Assembly (NCBI GenBank): GCA_038248665.1
Contig: JBBRXF010000001.1
Location: 91,083 to 155,082 of the forward strand
Length of the DNA: 64,000 bases
Source: Campylobacterales bacterium
GTDB lineage: Bacteria; Campylobacterota; Campylobacteria; Campylobacterales; Arcobacteraceae
Direction: 5' to 3'
The translations under genes and the position numbers were made by a program. How positions within the stretch are numbered: position 1 is the stretch's first letter; every line of letters starts with the position of its first letter. The notes beneath the pieces are model-generated. The model had not been told where the DNA came from, made no database searches, and saw nothing but the letters and a program-made list of their open reading frames with translations. This document shows positions 54,065 to 64,000 of this stretch, one piece after another.

Positions 54065-55261
54065 TTAATCCTCTTTTTTATTCTTAATTTTGTTTAACCA
54101 CTCATTTAAAGTCTTTTCAAATCCAATATTTGAATGTTCATAAAGATTTAAATCTTCTTTTAAATACTCTTGCTCAACATATCCACCAAAATCATGAGGG
54201 TATAAATAGCCTATATGCTGTGAATCTAAATGCTTTGGTATATCAAGTAGTTTTCCAGCTTTTATCTCTTGTAGAGCTTTATTTACACCTTTATATGCAC
54301 TATTAGATTTTGGACTAGATGCTAAATAGATTGCACATTGAGAAAGTATAATTCTTGATTCTGGATAACCAATTTTATTACAAGCCATCATAGTATTAAC
54401 AGCAAGATTTAAGGCATTTGGGTTTGCATTACCAATATCTTCACTTGCAAAAATCACTAATCTTCTTGTAATAAAATCAACACTCTCTCCACCATTTATT
54501 AATCTACTCATATAATATAAAGCCGCATCAATATTTGAACCTCTTAGAGATTTAATCATTGCACTTGCTAAATCATAGTGAGTATCTGATGATGAAACTC
54601 CATCCCCTATTACATTTTCCCTTAACTCCCTTAATAAATCCATATTAATATTTTTTGATACTTTATATGCAAAATTAAGAAGTGTAAGCATTGCTCTTGC
54701 ATCTCCTGAACTAGAAGTTATCAAGTATTCTAAAGCAAGAGGTTCAATATTTATCTCTATATCTTTTAAAGCAATATGAAGTATTTTATTCATCTCCTCT
54801 TTTGTAAATGCTTTAAATTCATATAAAAATGATCTTGAGCGAATAGCAGATGTTAAAGTAAAGAATGGATTTTCTGTACTAGCACCAATAATAATTGCAT
54901 CATAATTTTCCATAATGGGAAGAAGAACTTCTTGTTGGTTTTTAGAAAGTCTATGAACTTCATCAATAAAAATTAATGGTTTAATCAAACTTCCTTTGTA
55001 TTTATCAAATACTTTTCTTAAATCTTCAACTTTTATACTAGTTGCATTAAAGTAAAAATAGTCAGTGTTGATTTCTCGTGCAATAATTTTTGCTAAAGTA
55101 GTTTTTCCAGTTCCTGGTTTTCCATAAAAAAATAGATGAGGAATATCTTTTTGTTTGATTAGTTTATAAAGTGCTTTATCTTTTGAGATAATGTGGGATT
55201 GACCAACAAAATTATCTAAATTTGTTGGTCTTAGTTTATTAGAGAGGTCTATCATCTTCAT
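54065..55261 (-). CDS. rarA: Replication-associated recombination protein A (AAA+)
   Basis: It has the GKPGTGKTT Walker A, IFIDEVHR, and the MgsA C-terminal region. Confidence 0.9.
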   Translation of the reverse strand: MKMIDLSNKLRPTNLDNFVGQSHIISKDKALYKLIKQKDIPHLFFYGKPGTGKTTLAKIIAREINTDYFYFNATSIKVEDLRKVFDKYKGSLIKPLIFIDEVHRLSKNQQEVLLPIMENYDAIIIGASTENPFFTLTSAIRSRSFLYEFKAFTKEEMNKILHIALKDIEINIEPLALEYLITSSSGDARAMLTLLNFAYKVSKNINMDLLRELRENVIGDGVSSSDTHYDLASAMIKSLRGSNIDAALYYMSRLINGGESVDFITRRLVIFASEDIGNANPNALNLAVNTMMACNKIGYPESRIILSQCAIYLASSPKSNSAYKGVNKALQEIKAGKLLDIPKHLDSQHIGYLYPHDFGGYVEQEYLKEDLNLYEHSNIGFEKTLNEWLNKIKNKKED

Positions 55262-56045
55262 TCATAAAGATTCTTAGATTTTTATATTCTTCTTTTGTAA
55301 GAAATCTAGTTTTTCCAGTTGGTAGATTATTTAAAGAAATTCCACCATATTCTAATCTTTTTAAATCAAGTACATCAAGTCCAAAGTGAGCAAAAAATCT
55401 TCTTAACTCTCTATTTTTACCCTCAGAAATTACAACTTTGATTTTAGAAAATTTTTCACTATTTGTTAGAATATCATAAGCTAAAAATGGAGCAAAACTC
55501 ATAGATTTAATTTTACTAGTTTTAAATGCACCAGATGTTGCATCTTCTATTTCTAAACCATTTTGCATTGCTTGCTCAACAGCTTTTGTAATAACACCAT
55601 TTACTTTTATTTTATATACTCTTTCTAAATCAGAGTGCATTAAGGCATCAACAATTTCTACGCTATCAGATAAAAGAAGTAGTCCTTCACTGGCATAGTC
55701 AAGTCTTCCTACACTTAAAAAGTGTTTGTATTTATGATCAAGTGAATCATAAATAGTTTTTCTTCCTTGAGGATCTTTTTTAGAAACAATTTCACCTTTT
55801 GGTTTATTGTAAACAATTACTGTACTTATTTTATTTTTATCTTCTCTAATAGATTTCTTTCCAATATGTACTTCATCACTATTTGAAACTTTTGTTGCAA
55901 GATTAACAACTACTTTACCATTAACTTTAACTCTACCCTCTTCTATTAGCTTATCAGCTTCTCTTCTTGAGTAATTACTGTTGTGAGATAAAAATTTATT
56001 TAATCTTACTAACTCTTCTTGTGTTTCTTCAATTTTCTTTTTCAT
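55239..56045 (-). CDS. RsuA/RluB-family pseudouridine synthase with an S4 domain
   Basis: It has an S4 N-terminus (RLNKFLS...SRREADKLIEEGRVKVNG) and the catalytic GRLDYASEGLLLL. Confidence 0.85.
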   Translation of the reverse strand: MKKKIEETQEELVRLNKFLSHNSNYSRREADKLIEEGRVKVNGKVVVNLATKVSNSDEVHIGKKSIREDKNKISTVIVYNKPKGEIVSKKDPQGRKTIYDSLDHKYKHFLSVGRLDYASEGLLLLSDSVEIVDALMHSDLERVYKIKVNGVITKAVEQAMQNGLEIEDATSGAFKTSKIKSMSFAPFLAYDILTNSEKFSKIKVVISEGKNRELRRFFAHFGLDVLDLKRLEYGGISLNNLPTGKTRFLTKEEYKNLRIFMNEDDRPL

Positions 56046-57004
56046 TTTATACCAGCTTCAATTAAATCATGAATATGTAATACACCAACTAATTTATCAT
56101 TTTCATCAGTTACAATTAATAGCTGTATTTTATAATCTTCTATCACTTGCAGTGCATCACTTGCTAAAAGCTCTTTGTTTTTTAATGTTTTTGGATTTTT
56201 TGTTGCAATATCTTCAACTTTACAATCCATAGAAAAATTATCATTCATTAAAGCTCGTCTTAAATCCCCATCACTTAAAAGTGCAATTACATTTTTATTC
56301 TCATCTTCAATAATTACACTCCCAAGTCTTCCTTCACTCATTATAAGAATTGCATCTTTTAATTTAGTTTCACGTGAAACTACAGGAAGATTTTCTTTTC
56401 TTAATAAATCATCAACTTTAACAAAAAGTTTTTTACCTAAACTTCCTCCGGGATGAAAAGATGCAAAATCCTCTTTTTTAAAATCTCTTTTTTTCATTAA
56501 ACAAACAGCTAATGCATCACCCATTGCCATTGTTAAAGTTGTAGAAGACATTGGAGCAGCATCAAGTGGGCAGCCTTCTTTTTCTACATTTATATTTATA
56601 AAAATATCTGCATATTTAGCAAGTGTTGATTCAGCATTTCTAGCCATTGCAATTAACGGAATATTAAATCTCTTTAAATGAGGAAGAATTTGAACTAATT
56701 CATCGCTTTCCCCACTATATGATATTCCTAAAACAATGTCATCTTTCCCAACCATTCCTAAATCACCATGCATAGCTTCAGTTGGGTGAAGGAAAAATGA
56801 GCTTGTACCTGTACTTGCTAATGTTGCAGCAATTTTAGTTCCCACAAGTCCTGATTTCCCAACACCTGTAACAATAAGTTTACCTTTTGAATTCATGATT
56901 AAATCAATAGCTTTTTCAATATCAAAAGAGACTTTTTGTGCTGCTTTTTCAAGCTCTTTTGCTTCTGTTAATAAAACATCTTTAACTATTTGTTTAAAAT
57001 CCAT
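56042..57004 (-). CDS. kpsF: KpsF/GutQ arabinose-5-phosphate isomerase (SIS plus tandem CBS)
   Basis: It has the GVGKSG SIS motif and a C-terminal CBS pair. Confidence 0.9.
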   Translation of the reverse strand: MDFKQIVKDVLLTEAKELEKAAQKVSFDIEKAIDLIMNSKGKLIVTGVGKSGLVGTKIAATLASTGTSSFFLHPTEAMHGDLGMVGKDDIVLGISYSGESDELVQILPHLKRFNIPLIAMARNAESTLAKYADIFININVEKEGCPLDAAPMSSTTLTMAMGDALAVCLMKKRDFKKEDFASFHPGGSLGKKLFVKVDDLLRKENLPVVSRETKLKDAILIMSEGRLGSVIIEDENKNVIALLSDGDLRRALMNDNFSMDCKVEDIATKNPKTLKNKELLASDALQVIEDYKIQLLIVTDENDKLVGVLHIHDLIEAGIK

Positions 57005-57012
57005 ATCTTTCC

Positions 57013-58950
57013 TTATTGAACAAAGATTGTAGGTACTATCATCGGATATTTTTTATATTTTCTTGTACAATGTTTTCTTACAACTTTTCTTAATTCATCT
57101 TCTAGAATTCTATTATTTTGTAAAATTCCAGGTTTAATATTTTCTAAGAATGTTGTTAATAAATCTTCTATCTCTTTCGAAAAGAATTTATCTTGTTTAT
57201 CTGATACTAAACCAAATGAAGTAACTCTTGGTTTTTGAGCCAATGTTCTATCATTTTCATTTATTTGTGCAACAATCATAACAACACCTTCGTTTGCCAT
57301 TGTTTGTCTATCTAAAATTATATCATCAGAAATTTTGAAATTTAATTGATTATCAATGTAAACTTTTCCTGTTTTAACAGTTTTTACTTTTTTAAGATAT
57401 TTTGGAGTAACTTCAATTTGCTCACCATCACTCATAATGTAAACATTTCTTTCTAATACACCACAATCAATACCTGTTTGACCATGTTTTAATGCATGAT
57501 TATATTCACCATGAACTGGTAAAAAGAATTTAGGTTTTACAAGTCTTAACATTAATTTTTGCTCTTCTTGTGCTGCATGTCCTGAAACGTGAATATCTGG
57601 ATAATCTTGATATGCTACTTTTGCACCAGCTTTTAATAAATGATTTATAATTTCAGAAACACTTCCTTCATTTCCTGGAATTGCTTTAGCTGAAAGAATA
57701 ATTTGATCTTCAGGTTTAATTTTGATATGTCTATGTTCATGAATTGCCATTCTATAAAGAGCTGACATTGATTCACCTTGAGAACCAGTTGTTACAATTA
57801 AAACTTCTTTATCATTATATTTATTTACTTCATGTGCTTCAATAAATTGATCTTTTGGGAATTTGATATAACCAAGACTCATTGCAAGTTCTAAGTTTTT
57901 CTCCATTGATCTTCCAATAACACAGATTTTTCTGTTATGGAAAAGTGCTTTTTCAATTGCTTGAGCAACTCTATGAATATTAGATGAGAAAGTAGACATA
58001 ATAACTCTACCTTTTGCATTTTGAAATATTCTATCAAAAGTTGGTCCAACAGTTTTTTCAGTTCTTGTAAATCCAGGAGAGTGTGAATTAGTTGAATCTG
58101 ATGTTAAAACTAAAACACCCTCTTCTCCATAATGTGCAATTCTATGTAAATCTGTTGGGAACCCATCAATTGGAGTATGGTCAATTTTAAAGTCACCTGT
58201 ATGAATCATTGTTCCAGCAGCTGTTTTAACAGCAATACATGATGAATCAATAATCGAGTGAGTAACATGCATCCACTCAACTTCAAATTCATTTCCAATT
58301 TTTATAGGTGTTCTTTTTTGAATAGCTCTAAATAAAGATCTATGTTCTCTCATTTTATGTTCATCAAATTTTGAACCAATCATTTCTAAAGGTAATGAAG
58401 TTCCATAAACAGGAAATTGCATCTCTTTAAATAAATATGGCATTGCTCCAATATGATCTTCATGTCCATGAGTAATAATAATAGCAACAATTTTATCTTT
58501 GATTTCTCTAATATAAGTGAAGTCTGGAATTAAAATATCAACTCCGTGCATATTTTCATCAGGGAAACTCATACCAACATCAACAATTATTGCTTCATTT
58601 TCTGTTTCAATAACCATCATATTTCCACCGATTTCACCTAATCCTCCAAGTGGAGTAATTTTAAGTTTTGCAGTAGTATTTAAGTTTAATTTATAGTGAG
58701 GATTTAATCTATCTCTATGTATTTTTTCATTTACTAAATAAGCTTTTTTTAAATCAGTAATCCATCCATCACCTTTTGTATGTTGAATAGCTTGAGGATC
58801 TTTTGCAACTTTTGGTTTAGGTTTTCTTTTTTTGAAAGGTGGTTTTTTTGTTTCAACATTTTCAGTTGTTTCTGTATTTTGTGAGTTGTTTTCATCAATA
58901 ATAATTGGTGAAGCTACAACAACTTGTTCTTCGTTTTTAATTTCTTCCAT
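57013..58950 (-). CDS. rnj: Ribonuclease J
   Basis: It has the metallo-beta-lactamase HGHEDHIG motif, a beta-CASP body, and a ~90-aa Lys/Pro-rich N-terminal extension. Confidence 0.9.
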   Translation of the reverse strand: MEEIKNEEQVVVASPIIIDENNSQNTETTENVETKKPPFKKRKPKPKVAKDPQAIQHTKGDGWITDLKKAYLVNEKIHRDRLNPHYKLNLNTTAKLKITPLGGLGEIGGNMMVIETENEAIIVDVGMSFPDENMHGVDILIPDFTYIREIKDKIVAIIITHGHEDHIGAMPYLFKEMQFPVYGTSLPLEMIGSKFDEHKMREHRSLFRAIQKRTPIKIGNEFEVEWMHVTHSIIDSSCIAVKTAAGTMIHTGDFKIDHTPIDGFPTDLHRIAHYGEEGVLVLTSDSTNSHSPGFTRTEKTVGPTFDRIFQNAKGRVIMSTFSSNIHRVAQAIEKALFHNRKICVIGRSMEKNLELAMSLGYIKFPKDQFIEAHEVNKYNDKEVLIVTTGSQGESMSALYRMAIHEHRHIKIKPEDQIILSAKAIPGNEGSVSEIINHLLKAGAKVAYQDYPDIHVSGHAAQEEQKLMLRLVKPKFFLPVHGEYNHALKHGQTGIDCGVLERNVYIMSDGEQIEVTPKYLKKVKTVKTGKVYIDNQLNFKISDDIILDRQTMANEGVVMIVAQINENDRTLAQKPRVTSFGLVSDKQDKFFSKEIEDLLTTFLENIKPGILQNNRILEDELRKVVRKHCTRKYKKYPMIVPTIFVQ

Positions 58951-59731
58951 TTTTTACCCTTGTATGCATTTGGCTATACAAAGATGAACTTACTTCATGA
59001 GGTCTAACATTATCATCGACATTTAATTCTTCATACATTTTAGATATAGAATTTTTATCCAATACAGATGTAAGATTTTTAGAAAGTTTTTTTCTAGGCT
59101 GCACAAAACAGGCTTTTAAAAACTTATTAAAATCTTTATCTAGGTATTTATCCATATCTTTTTTAATGTAAAGAATTGAAGACATAACTTTTGGAGCTGG
59201 ATCAAAAGATTCAGGAGGAACATCGAAAAGTATCCTTGCCTCAATTGACATTAAATCAGTAATTATTCCTAAAGAAGAAAATTCTTTGTCATTTACCTTT
59301 GCAGTAAATTTCTCAGCAACCTCTTTTTGAACCATTACTATAATATTTTCACAAGCTCTATCTTCAAATGCTCTTAATATAATGTTTGTTGCAATATAGT
59401 ACGGTAAGTTTGCAATTAAGTCATATTTACCGTCATGTAGGGTTTTCTGCTTATCCCAAGCCTCTAAAACATCTGTGTGGATCAGTTTTAGTCTACCCTC
59501 TTCTATTTCTATTGCAAATTTAGACTTTAAAATACCAATTAAATCAGTATCAACTTCATAAGCAGTCATATCTTTGTACTTGACTAAATTTTTGGTCAAA
59601 TCACCTAATCCAGGCCCAATTTCCACGACATAGTTATTGTTGTTGGGCATCGATTGGATGATCTTATCCAAAATTGTCGTATCTTTTAAAAAGTTTTGTC
59701 CGTATTGTTTTTTTGCTTTTACTTTTTCCAT
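58937..59731 (-). CDS. rsmA: 16S rRNA (adenine1518/1519-N6)-dimethyltransferase
   Basis: KKQYGQNFL and EIGPGLGDLT are present. Confidence 0.92.
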   Translation of the reverse strand: MEKVKAKKQYGQNFLKDTTILDKIIQSMPNNNNYVVEIGPGLGDLTKNLVKYKDMTAYEVDTDLIGILKSKFAIEIEEGRLKLIHTDVLEAWDKQKTLHDGKYDLIANLPYYIATNIILRAFEDRACENIIVMVQKEVAEKFTAKVNDKEFSSLGIITDLMSIEARILFDVPPESFDPAPKVMSSILYIKKDMDKYLDKDFNKFLKACFVQPRKKLSKNLTSVLDKNSISKMYEELNVDDNVRPHEVSSSLYSQMHTRVKNGRN

Positions 59732-59804
59732 AATTGCAAGGAGTATATCTGCTTTTAACTTACAATTAGATAAGATAATATTTAGTTATTAAGAAGGATT
59801 ATAT

Positions 59805-60566
59805 TTGAGTAGTTTTGCAAAAAGAATAATACCATGTTTGGATGTTGATAATGGACGAGTTGTAAAAGGTGTAAACTTCGTTGGATTAAGGGATGCTGGT
59901 GATCCTGTTGAAGTAGCAAAAAGATACAACGCAGAAGGAGCTGATGAGCTTACTTTTCTAGATATTACAGCTAGCCATGAAAATAGAGGAACTATAGTTG
60001 ATATTGTAAAAAAAGTTGCACAAGAGGTTTTTATTCCTTTAACAGTTGGTGGAGGAATTCGGAAACTTGAAGATATATATGCTTTACTTAATGTAGGTTG
60101 TGACAAAGTTTCTATTAATTCTTCAGCGGTTACAAATCCAAATTTAATAAATGAAAGCTCAAAAAGATTTGGTTCACAATGTATTGTTGTTGCTATTGAT
60201 GTAAAAAGAGTTGCTGATGGTTCTTATCATGTTTTTGTAAAAGGTGGACGTGAAGATACGGGACTTGACGCACTTTCTTGGGCAAAAGAGGTTTATGATA
60301 GAGGTGCTGGTGAAATACTTTTAACTTCTATGGATACTGATGGTGCTAAAACTGGATTTGAATTAAATATAACAGGACAAATTTCAAAACTTGTAGATAT
60401 TCCAGTAATTGCAAGTGGTGGTGCAGGAACTATGGAGCATATAAAAGAAGCTTTTGAATGTGGAGCAAGTGCAGCACTAGCAGCTTCAATTTTCCATTTT
60501 AAAGAGATAGATATTATGGATTTAAAAAGATATTTAAGAGCAAACAATATTCCAGTGAGAATATAA
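59805..60566 (+). CDS. hisF: Imidazole glycerol phosphate synthase cyclase subunit
   Basis: [18 protein letters not shown] and GGGIR are present. TTG start with AAGGA upstream. Confidence 0.95.
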   Translation: MSSFAKRIIPCLDVDNGRVVKGVNFVGLRDAGDPVEVAKRYNAEGADELTFLDITASHENRGTIVDIVKKVAQEVFIPLTVGGGIRKLEDIYALLNVGCDKVSINSSAVTNPNLINESSKRFGSQCIVVAIDVKRVADGSYHVFVKGGREDTGLDALSWAKEVYDRGAGEILLTSMDTDGAKTGFELNITGQISKLVDIPVIASGGAGTMEHIKEAFECGASAALAASIFHFKEIDIMDLKRYLRANNIPVRI

Positions 60567-60577
60567 AAAGGTAGATA

Positions 60578-61270
60578 ATGAAAAGAAGTTTTATAATAAT
60601 GACATTGTGTTTATTACCAATTTTGTCATTTTCTTATGAATTAAATTTTAATAAAAGTTTTTCAAAAGTAGTAAATCCTGATTTATTAACAACAAATATA
60701 ACAATTAGCGTTGAAAAAAAAGATGAAAACAAAGTTAATGTTGAAATTGAAAAGTTTAATGATTTAATAAAAAAGACAAATGATGTAACTTTAAAAAATG
60801 GAAGTTTTACATTAAGTCCTAAATATAAATATTATGACAATAAACAAGAGTTTATTGGTTATGTTGGAAATCTAAGATATTCAGCTGAATCAAAAAATGC
60901 AAAAGAGTTAAATAGTTTTATGGATAAATTAATCACACTAAAAGATAGTATTAAATCTGAAGATGTAAAATTAAATATTTCAAATGTTGCTTGGAATATT
61001 AGCGATGATTTACAAAATAAGAGTTTTGATACTTTAAGATTTGAGGCTATATCTTGGATTGATAGTTATGCAAAAACTTTGTCAGGTCAAGTTGCTAAAT
61101 TTTGTGAAGTTTCAAAGATAAATATTTTTGAAACAAACACGGGAAATGTAGTTTATGCAAGAGCTGAAATGGCATATTCAACTATGGCAAAATCAGTTGC
61201 AAATGTGGCACCTATTAGTAGTGAGCAAAATATCACAATAAATCCAAATTTTATATTGGAATGTAAATGA
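60578..61270 (+). CDS. Secreted SIMPL/DUF541-like protein
   Basis: It has a signal peptide. The overall pattern (V.PD...T.I.V, L.P.Y.Y, later A...A) resembles YggE/BP26-type SIMPL proteins. Similarity is judged by eye. Confidence 0.45.
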   Translation: MKRSFIIMTLCLLPILSFSYELNFNKSFSKVVNPDLLTTNITISVEKKDENKVNVEIEKFNDLIKKTNDVTLKNGSFTLSPKYKYYDNKQEFIGYVGNLRYSAESKNAKELNSFMDKLITLKDSIKSEDVKLNISNVAWNISDDLQNKSFDTLRFEAISWIDSYAKTLSGQVAKFCEVSKINIFETNTGNVVYARAEMAYSTMAKSVANVAPISSEQNITINPNFILECK

Positions 61271-61803
61271 TTATTTGTGCTGGAAGAAATGAAACATTTC
61301 CTTTTGCTCATCCAATTGGTGTTGGCTTAATAGAAAGTGCAATAAACCTTACAAGAATGTGTCTATTTGATAAACCTGAATATCTACTTTTTGTTGGAAG
61401 TGCTGGGTCTTATGGTAACCATAAAATTTTTGATATTGTTGAATCAAAAAGAGCTTCAAATATTGAACTTGGATTTTTAACTGGGAGTGCTTATACACCA
61501 CTTGATAATGTTTTAGAATCAGAAAATAAATTTGCAAGAAATGACACAATAGTAAACTCATCAAACTATATATCAACAAATGAAAAATTATGTAAAGAGT
61601 TTAATGAATATGGTGTTGGAATTGAAAATATGGAATTTTTTTCAATTCTAAGTGTTGCAAAAGAGTTTGAAATTCCAGTTGCTGGAATATTCGTAATAAC
61701 AAATTATACAAATGAAAATGCCCATGAAGATTTTATAAAAAATCACAAAGAGGCAATGGATAAATTAACAAAATATTTAATTGAAAAAAATATAATAAAA
61801 TAA
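61267..61803 (+). CDS. PNP_UDP_1-like nucleosidase/phosphorylase family protein
   Basis: 178 aa. The GVG...A, FVGSAGSY and ENMEFF motifs resemble MTA/SAH-nucleosidase or futalosine-hydrolase-like proteins. Confidence 0.45.
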   Translation: MIICAGRNETFPFAHPIGVGLIESAINLTRMCLFDKPEYLLFVGSAGSYGNHKIFDIVESKRASNIELGFLTGSAYTPLDNVLESENKFARNDTIVNSSNYISTNEKLCKEFNEYGVGIENMEFFSILSVAKEFEIPVAGIFVITNYTNENAHEDFIKNHKEAMDKLTKYLIEKNIIK

Positions 61804-61825
61804 ATAAAATACTGGATAAATTATA

Positions 61826-62908
61826 ATGGCAAAAGAAGGACTACCATCTATATATGATTACACATTAGATGAATTAAAAGAAAAATTAAAACCATCATTT
61901 AGAGCAAAACAAGTATATAACTGGCTTTACAAGAAGTATGCAAACTCTTATGATGATATGAAAAATATACCAAATGAATTAAAAGAAGATTTAAAAGCAA
62001 ACTATCCCTTAGATGTTATGGAAATTGTTAAAAAAGAGCAAAGTATTGATGGAAGTATTAAATATCTTTTTAAATTAAGAGATAACCACACAGTTGAAGC
62101 TGTTTTACTTTTAATGAAAGAGAAGAAAAAAGATGAAGATGGAAATATTGTAAGAAGTGAAAAATTTACTGTTTGTATTTCATCTCAAGTTGGTTGTAAA
62201 GTGGGATGTAGTTTTTGTCTAACTGCAAAAGGTGGATTTGTGCGAAATCTTACAGTTGGAGAGTATATTGCTCAAATCGTAAATATTAAAAGAGATAATG
62301 ATATAGCTGAAAATAAAGCTTTAAATATTGTTTATATGGGAATGGGTGAACCCCTTGATAACTTTGATAACTTTGTAAAAGCAGTTTCTATTTTCTCAGA
62401 ACTTGATGGTTTAGCAATTTCAAGAAGAAGACAAACAGTTTCAACTTCAGGAATTGCATCAAAAATTGAAAAATTAGGAAAAATTGATTTAGGAATCCAA
62501 TTAGCTATTTCACTTCATGCGGTTGATGATGAATTAAGAAGTGAATTAATTCCTATGAATAAAGCTTATAACATTGCTTCAATTATTGATGCTGTTAAAA
62601 AGTTTCCAATAGATACTAGAAAAAAAGTTATGTTTGAATATCTAGTAATAAAAAATAAAAATGATTCTGTAGAAGCTGCAAAAAAACTAATCAAACTTCT
62701 AAATGGAATACAAGCAAAAGTGAACCTTATTTTCTTTAATCCATATCCAGGAACAACATATCAGCGACCTGAAGTTGAAGATATGCTAAAATTCAAAGAT
62801 TATTTAAATGAGCGTGGGTTAATTTGTACAATTAGAGAATCAAAAGGTATTGATATTAGTGCTGCTTGTGGGCAGTTAAAGGAGAAAGAAGCAAATGGGA
62901 ATTCTTGA
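61826..62908 (+). CDS. rlmN: 23S rRNA/tRNA adenine-C2 methyltransferase (radical SAM)
   Basis: It has the radical-SAM cluster motif CKVGCSFC, MGMGEPL, and the C-terminal ACGQL. Confidence 0.92.
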   Translation: MAKEGLPSIYDYTLDELKEKLKPSFRAKQVYNWLYKKYANSYDDMKNIPNELKEDLKANYPLDVMEIVKKEQSIDGSIKYLFKLRDNHTVEAVLLLMKEKKKDEDGNIVRSEKFTVCISSQVGCKVGCSFCLTAKGGFVRNLTVGEYIAQIVNIKRDNDIAENKALNIVYMGMGEPLDNFDNFVKAVSIFSELDGLAISRRRQTVSTSGIASKIEKLGKIDLGIQLAISLHAVDDELRSELIPMNKAYNIASIIDAVKKFPIDTRKKVMFEYLVIKNKNDSVEAAKKLIKLLNGIQAKVNLIFFNPYPGTTYQRPEVEDMLKFKDYLNERGLICTIRESKGIDISAACGQLKEKEANGNS

Positions 62909-62996
62909 GATATCACTATTGGTTTTTATAGCAACAGTTGCAATAGTAACAGGCGTAGGATTTTATATACAAAATAAAAAAGAAAAGGAGAAATAA
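62895..62996 (+). CDS. Possible 33-aa single-pass membrane peptide overlapping the rlmN 3' end
   Basis: The ATG at 62895 has GGAG 11 nt upstream. It reads MGILEISLLVFIATVAIVTGVGFYIQNKKEKEK*. It fills the rlmN-gltX gap and ends 4 nt before gltX. Confidence 0.3.
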   Translation: MGILEISLLVFIATVAIVTGVGFYIQNKKEKEK

Positions 62997-63000
62997 TTTA

Positions 63001-64000
63001 ATGGCAATTACAAGATTTGCACCAAGTCCAACTGGTTACCTTCATATTGGAGGTTTACGAACATCTTTATATAGTTATTTGTGGGCAAGAAAAACAGGTG
63101 GTGTATTTAGATTAAGAGTTGAAGATACAGACACAGCTAGAAATAATGAAGATGCAATGGAAGCTATTATTAATGCGTTTGATTGGGTTGGGTTAAATTA
63201 TGATGGAGAAGTATTTTATCAATCAAGAAGAACGGATATTTATAAAATATATATTGATAAATTACTTGAAAGCGGTAAAGCATATAAATGTTACATGAGT
63301 AAAGATGAACTTGATAGCTTAAGAGCGGCACAAGAAGCTGCGAAACAAAGTCCAAGATATGATGGTACATGGAGACCAGAAGTTGGTAAAGTTTTACCAG
63401 CAATTCCTGAAGGAGTTGAACCAGTTATTAGAATTAAAGCACCAACAACAGGGACAATAGAGTTTGATGATGGTGTAAAAGGTTATATGAAATTTGATGC
63501 TAACCAAGTTGATGATTATGTAATTGCAAGATCTAATGGAATGCCAACTTATAACTTTGTTGTTGCTATTGATGATGCATTAATGGAAATGACTGATGTA
63601 ATAAGAGGCGATGACCATTTATCAAATACACCAAAACAAATTGTAATTTATAATGCTTTAGGATTTAAAGTTCCTAAATTCTATCATGTTGCAATGATTA
63701 ATAATCCATCTGGTAAAAAACTATCTAAAAGAGATGGTGCTATGGATGTTATGGATTATAAAAGATTAGGTTATTTACCAGAAGCATTGTTGAACTTTTT
63801 AGTAAGATTAGGTTGGTCACATGGGGATCAAGAAATATTTTCTATGGAAGAGATATTAGAATTATTTGATCCAAATAACTTAAATAAATCAGCATCTTCG
63901 TTTAATGGTGAAAAACTTTTATGGTTAAATTCAGAGTACATAAAAGCAGTTTCAAATGATAGATTAATAGAAGAGTTAAAATTCTTTGATTTAGATTTAA
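63001..64000 (+). CDS. gltX: Glutamate-tRNA ligase, 5' part (runs off the window)
   Basis: My translation reads MAITRFAPSPTGYLHIGGLRTSLYSYLWARK...RLRVEDTD, and KLSKRDG appears later. The frame is open to base 64000. It is absent from the ORF track because no stop codon is in view. Confidence 0.92.
   Translation, partial: MAITRFAPSPTGYLHIGGLRTSLYSYLWARKTGGVFRLRVEDTDTARNNEDAMEAIINAFDWVGLNYDGEVFYQSRRTDIYKIYIDKLLESGKAYKCYMSKDELDSLRAAQEAAKQSPRYDGTWRPEVGKVLPAIPEGVEPVIRIKAPTTGTIEFDDGVKGYMKFDANQVDDYVIARSNGMPTYNFVVAIDDALMEMTDVIRGDDHLSNTPKQIVIYNALGFKVPKFYHVAMINNPSGKKLSKRDGAMDVMDYKRLGYLPEALLNFLVRLGWSHGDQEIFSMEEILELFDPNNLNKSASSFNGEKLLWLNSEYIKAVSNDRLIEELKFFDLDL

Noticed and set aside
1-64000. CRISPR arrays, rRNA/tRNA genes, IS elements, integrases, prophage structural genes
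   Set aside because: I saw no regularly spaced direct repeats, no tRNA-like T-loop/acceptor patterns in the intergenic regions I inspected, and no transposase, integrase or phage-like translations in the ORF track. This is a visual scan only. tRNAscan-SE, Infernal and ISfinder would be the decisive checks.

Overview
This is a very AT-rich, densely coding bacterial chromosome segment. Gene content and synteny look like Campylobacterota, Arcobacter-like (inference only). There is long runs of co-directional genes with many 1-23 nt overlaps. I found no rRNA, tRNA, CRISPR array, transposase or integrase.

Most of the window is housekeeping or core metabolism:
- purB, nrdAB, gpsA, gatB, accBC
- a DEAD-box helicase, a PiT phosphate transporter, asnB, a bluB-like gene
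- a ksgA-rnj-kpsF-rluB-rarA-hemJ-phoH2 operon
- hisF, rlmN and the start of gltX
- a large lactate-type block: an FAD/FeS dehydrogenase, a TRAP transporter, a two-component system and lutABC

The accessory-looking parts are:
1. The left edge (1-2394). It holds an intact ParE-like toxin, a decayed second TA cassette, and a 600-aa PD-(D/E)xK nuclease fused to a UvrD-type SF1 helicase. I consider this fusion the best candidate for a defence module.
2. An adjacent, tightly coupled nif accessory operon. It encodes nifV, an unknown 268-aa protein, a DUF683-like protein, a Bfd-like protein, a eukaryote-type LRR protein, nifQ and a mini-ORF. It sits behind a sigma-54-like promoter, and no nitrogenase structural genes are in view.
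3. An orphan DUF2971-like gene next to an unexplained GC-rich ~85-bp element downstream of nrdB.
4. An anchorless SdhAB-like pair led by a Phd/YefM-like gene.
5. An auxin-efflux-carrier gene interrupted by an in-frame TAG.

All functional calls come from reading motifs in the supplied translations. No database search was run.
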